A DNA stretch of 49,327 bases from Clostridia bacterium (GTDB lineage Bacteria > CBDUZB01 > JAGLHV01): contig DAOVVV010000020.1 in assembly GCA_030637025.1 (NCBI GenBank), positions 1 to 49,327 on the forward strand, read 5' to 3'. Positions 49,025 to 49,327 of the stretch are shown piece after piece. Position 1 is the first letter of the stretch; each line of letters opens with the position of its first letter. The position numbers and the translations under genes are program-made. The notes beneath the pieces were generated by a model. The model saw nothing but the letters and a program-made list of their open reading frames with translations. It did no database searches and had not been told where the DNA came from.

Positions 49025-49327
49025 CAAAACAAAATAATTTATTTTTTGCTACTCTTAAAGCCCTGCATAAGTCAGGTGACAATCACGCTTCCTGAACCTG
49101 CTGCTTATGTACTTCATAAATTCATAATACAGGAAAAACGAAAAAATAAGGAAAAGCAAAAGAGAGATTTATCAGCTGCAAAAAAGATAGGGGAGTTTTT
49201 ATTACGAAATAAGACTCAACGGAAAAAGCTTTTAGAAATATTTTTTTCGTTGCCTAAAAAATGGCAAGCAAAAATAATAAGAAATGTAAAGGCTAATTCT
49301 CAGCCGATTTTTGATTTTTTGTCAAAA
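49021..49327 (+). pseudogene. GSU2403-like nucleotidyltransferase-fold gene with deleted core and frameshift
   Basis: MTKQNNLFFATLKALHKSG stops at 49093. Another frame from 49076 reads VTITLPEPAAYVLHKFII..KR....K.KRD, the family C-terminal motif. The GS/DxD core is absent. Confidence 0.65.

Overview
AT-rich bacterial window, mostly coded on the + strand. (1) Bases 1-27513 are the 3' part of one giant ORF of more than 9,165 aa. Its reading frame is open back to base 1, so the true start probably lies outside the window. It is built as a string of cytoplasmic-type modules: winged-HTH arrays, a TrmB-like and two other SAM methyltransferases, kinase-like, zincin-like, two HAD, RNase-toxin-like, two GNAT, a Pol-beta nucleotidyltransferase and a Cys-His deamidase-like domain. 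Recurrent transmembrane hairpin cassettes separate the modules, and most cassettes are preceded by a prepilin-leader-like charged-charged-Gly motif (DEKG, ESG, EKG, ESEG, KKG). This suggests a processed polyprotein; the architecture recalls giant genes of Omnitrophota (inference). (2) fxsA sits divergent from a PadR-TolC-RND efflux operon that lacks a periplasmic adaptor gene. (3) A variable defence-like island (33.4-39.9 kb) holds remnants of a type IIG R-M gene with its 3' end present twice, two HEPN-motif proteins, a Schlafen/AlbA_2 protein, a PD-(D/E)XK-like protein, a CX5R phosphatase and a RAYT transposase with GTAG REP elements, several carrying a nested second repeat. (4) Two paralogous large membrane proteins and a secreted ankyrin protein follow. 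(5) On the - strand is the 3' end of a tmRNA gene preceded by the 3' half of a group I intron in the T-loop, truncated like an att remnant. It is followed by a TA-like pair with an operator-bearing promoter, whose nucleotidyltransferase gene is internally deleted. All family assignments come from motif reading only; no searches were run.
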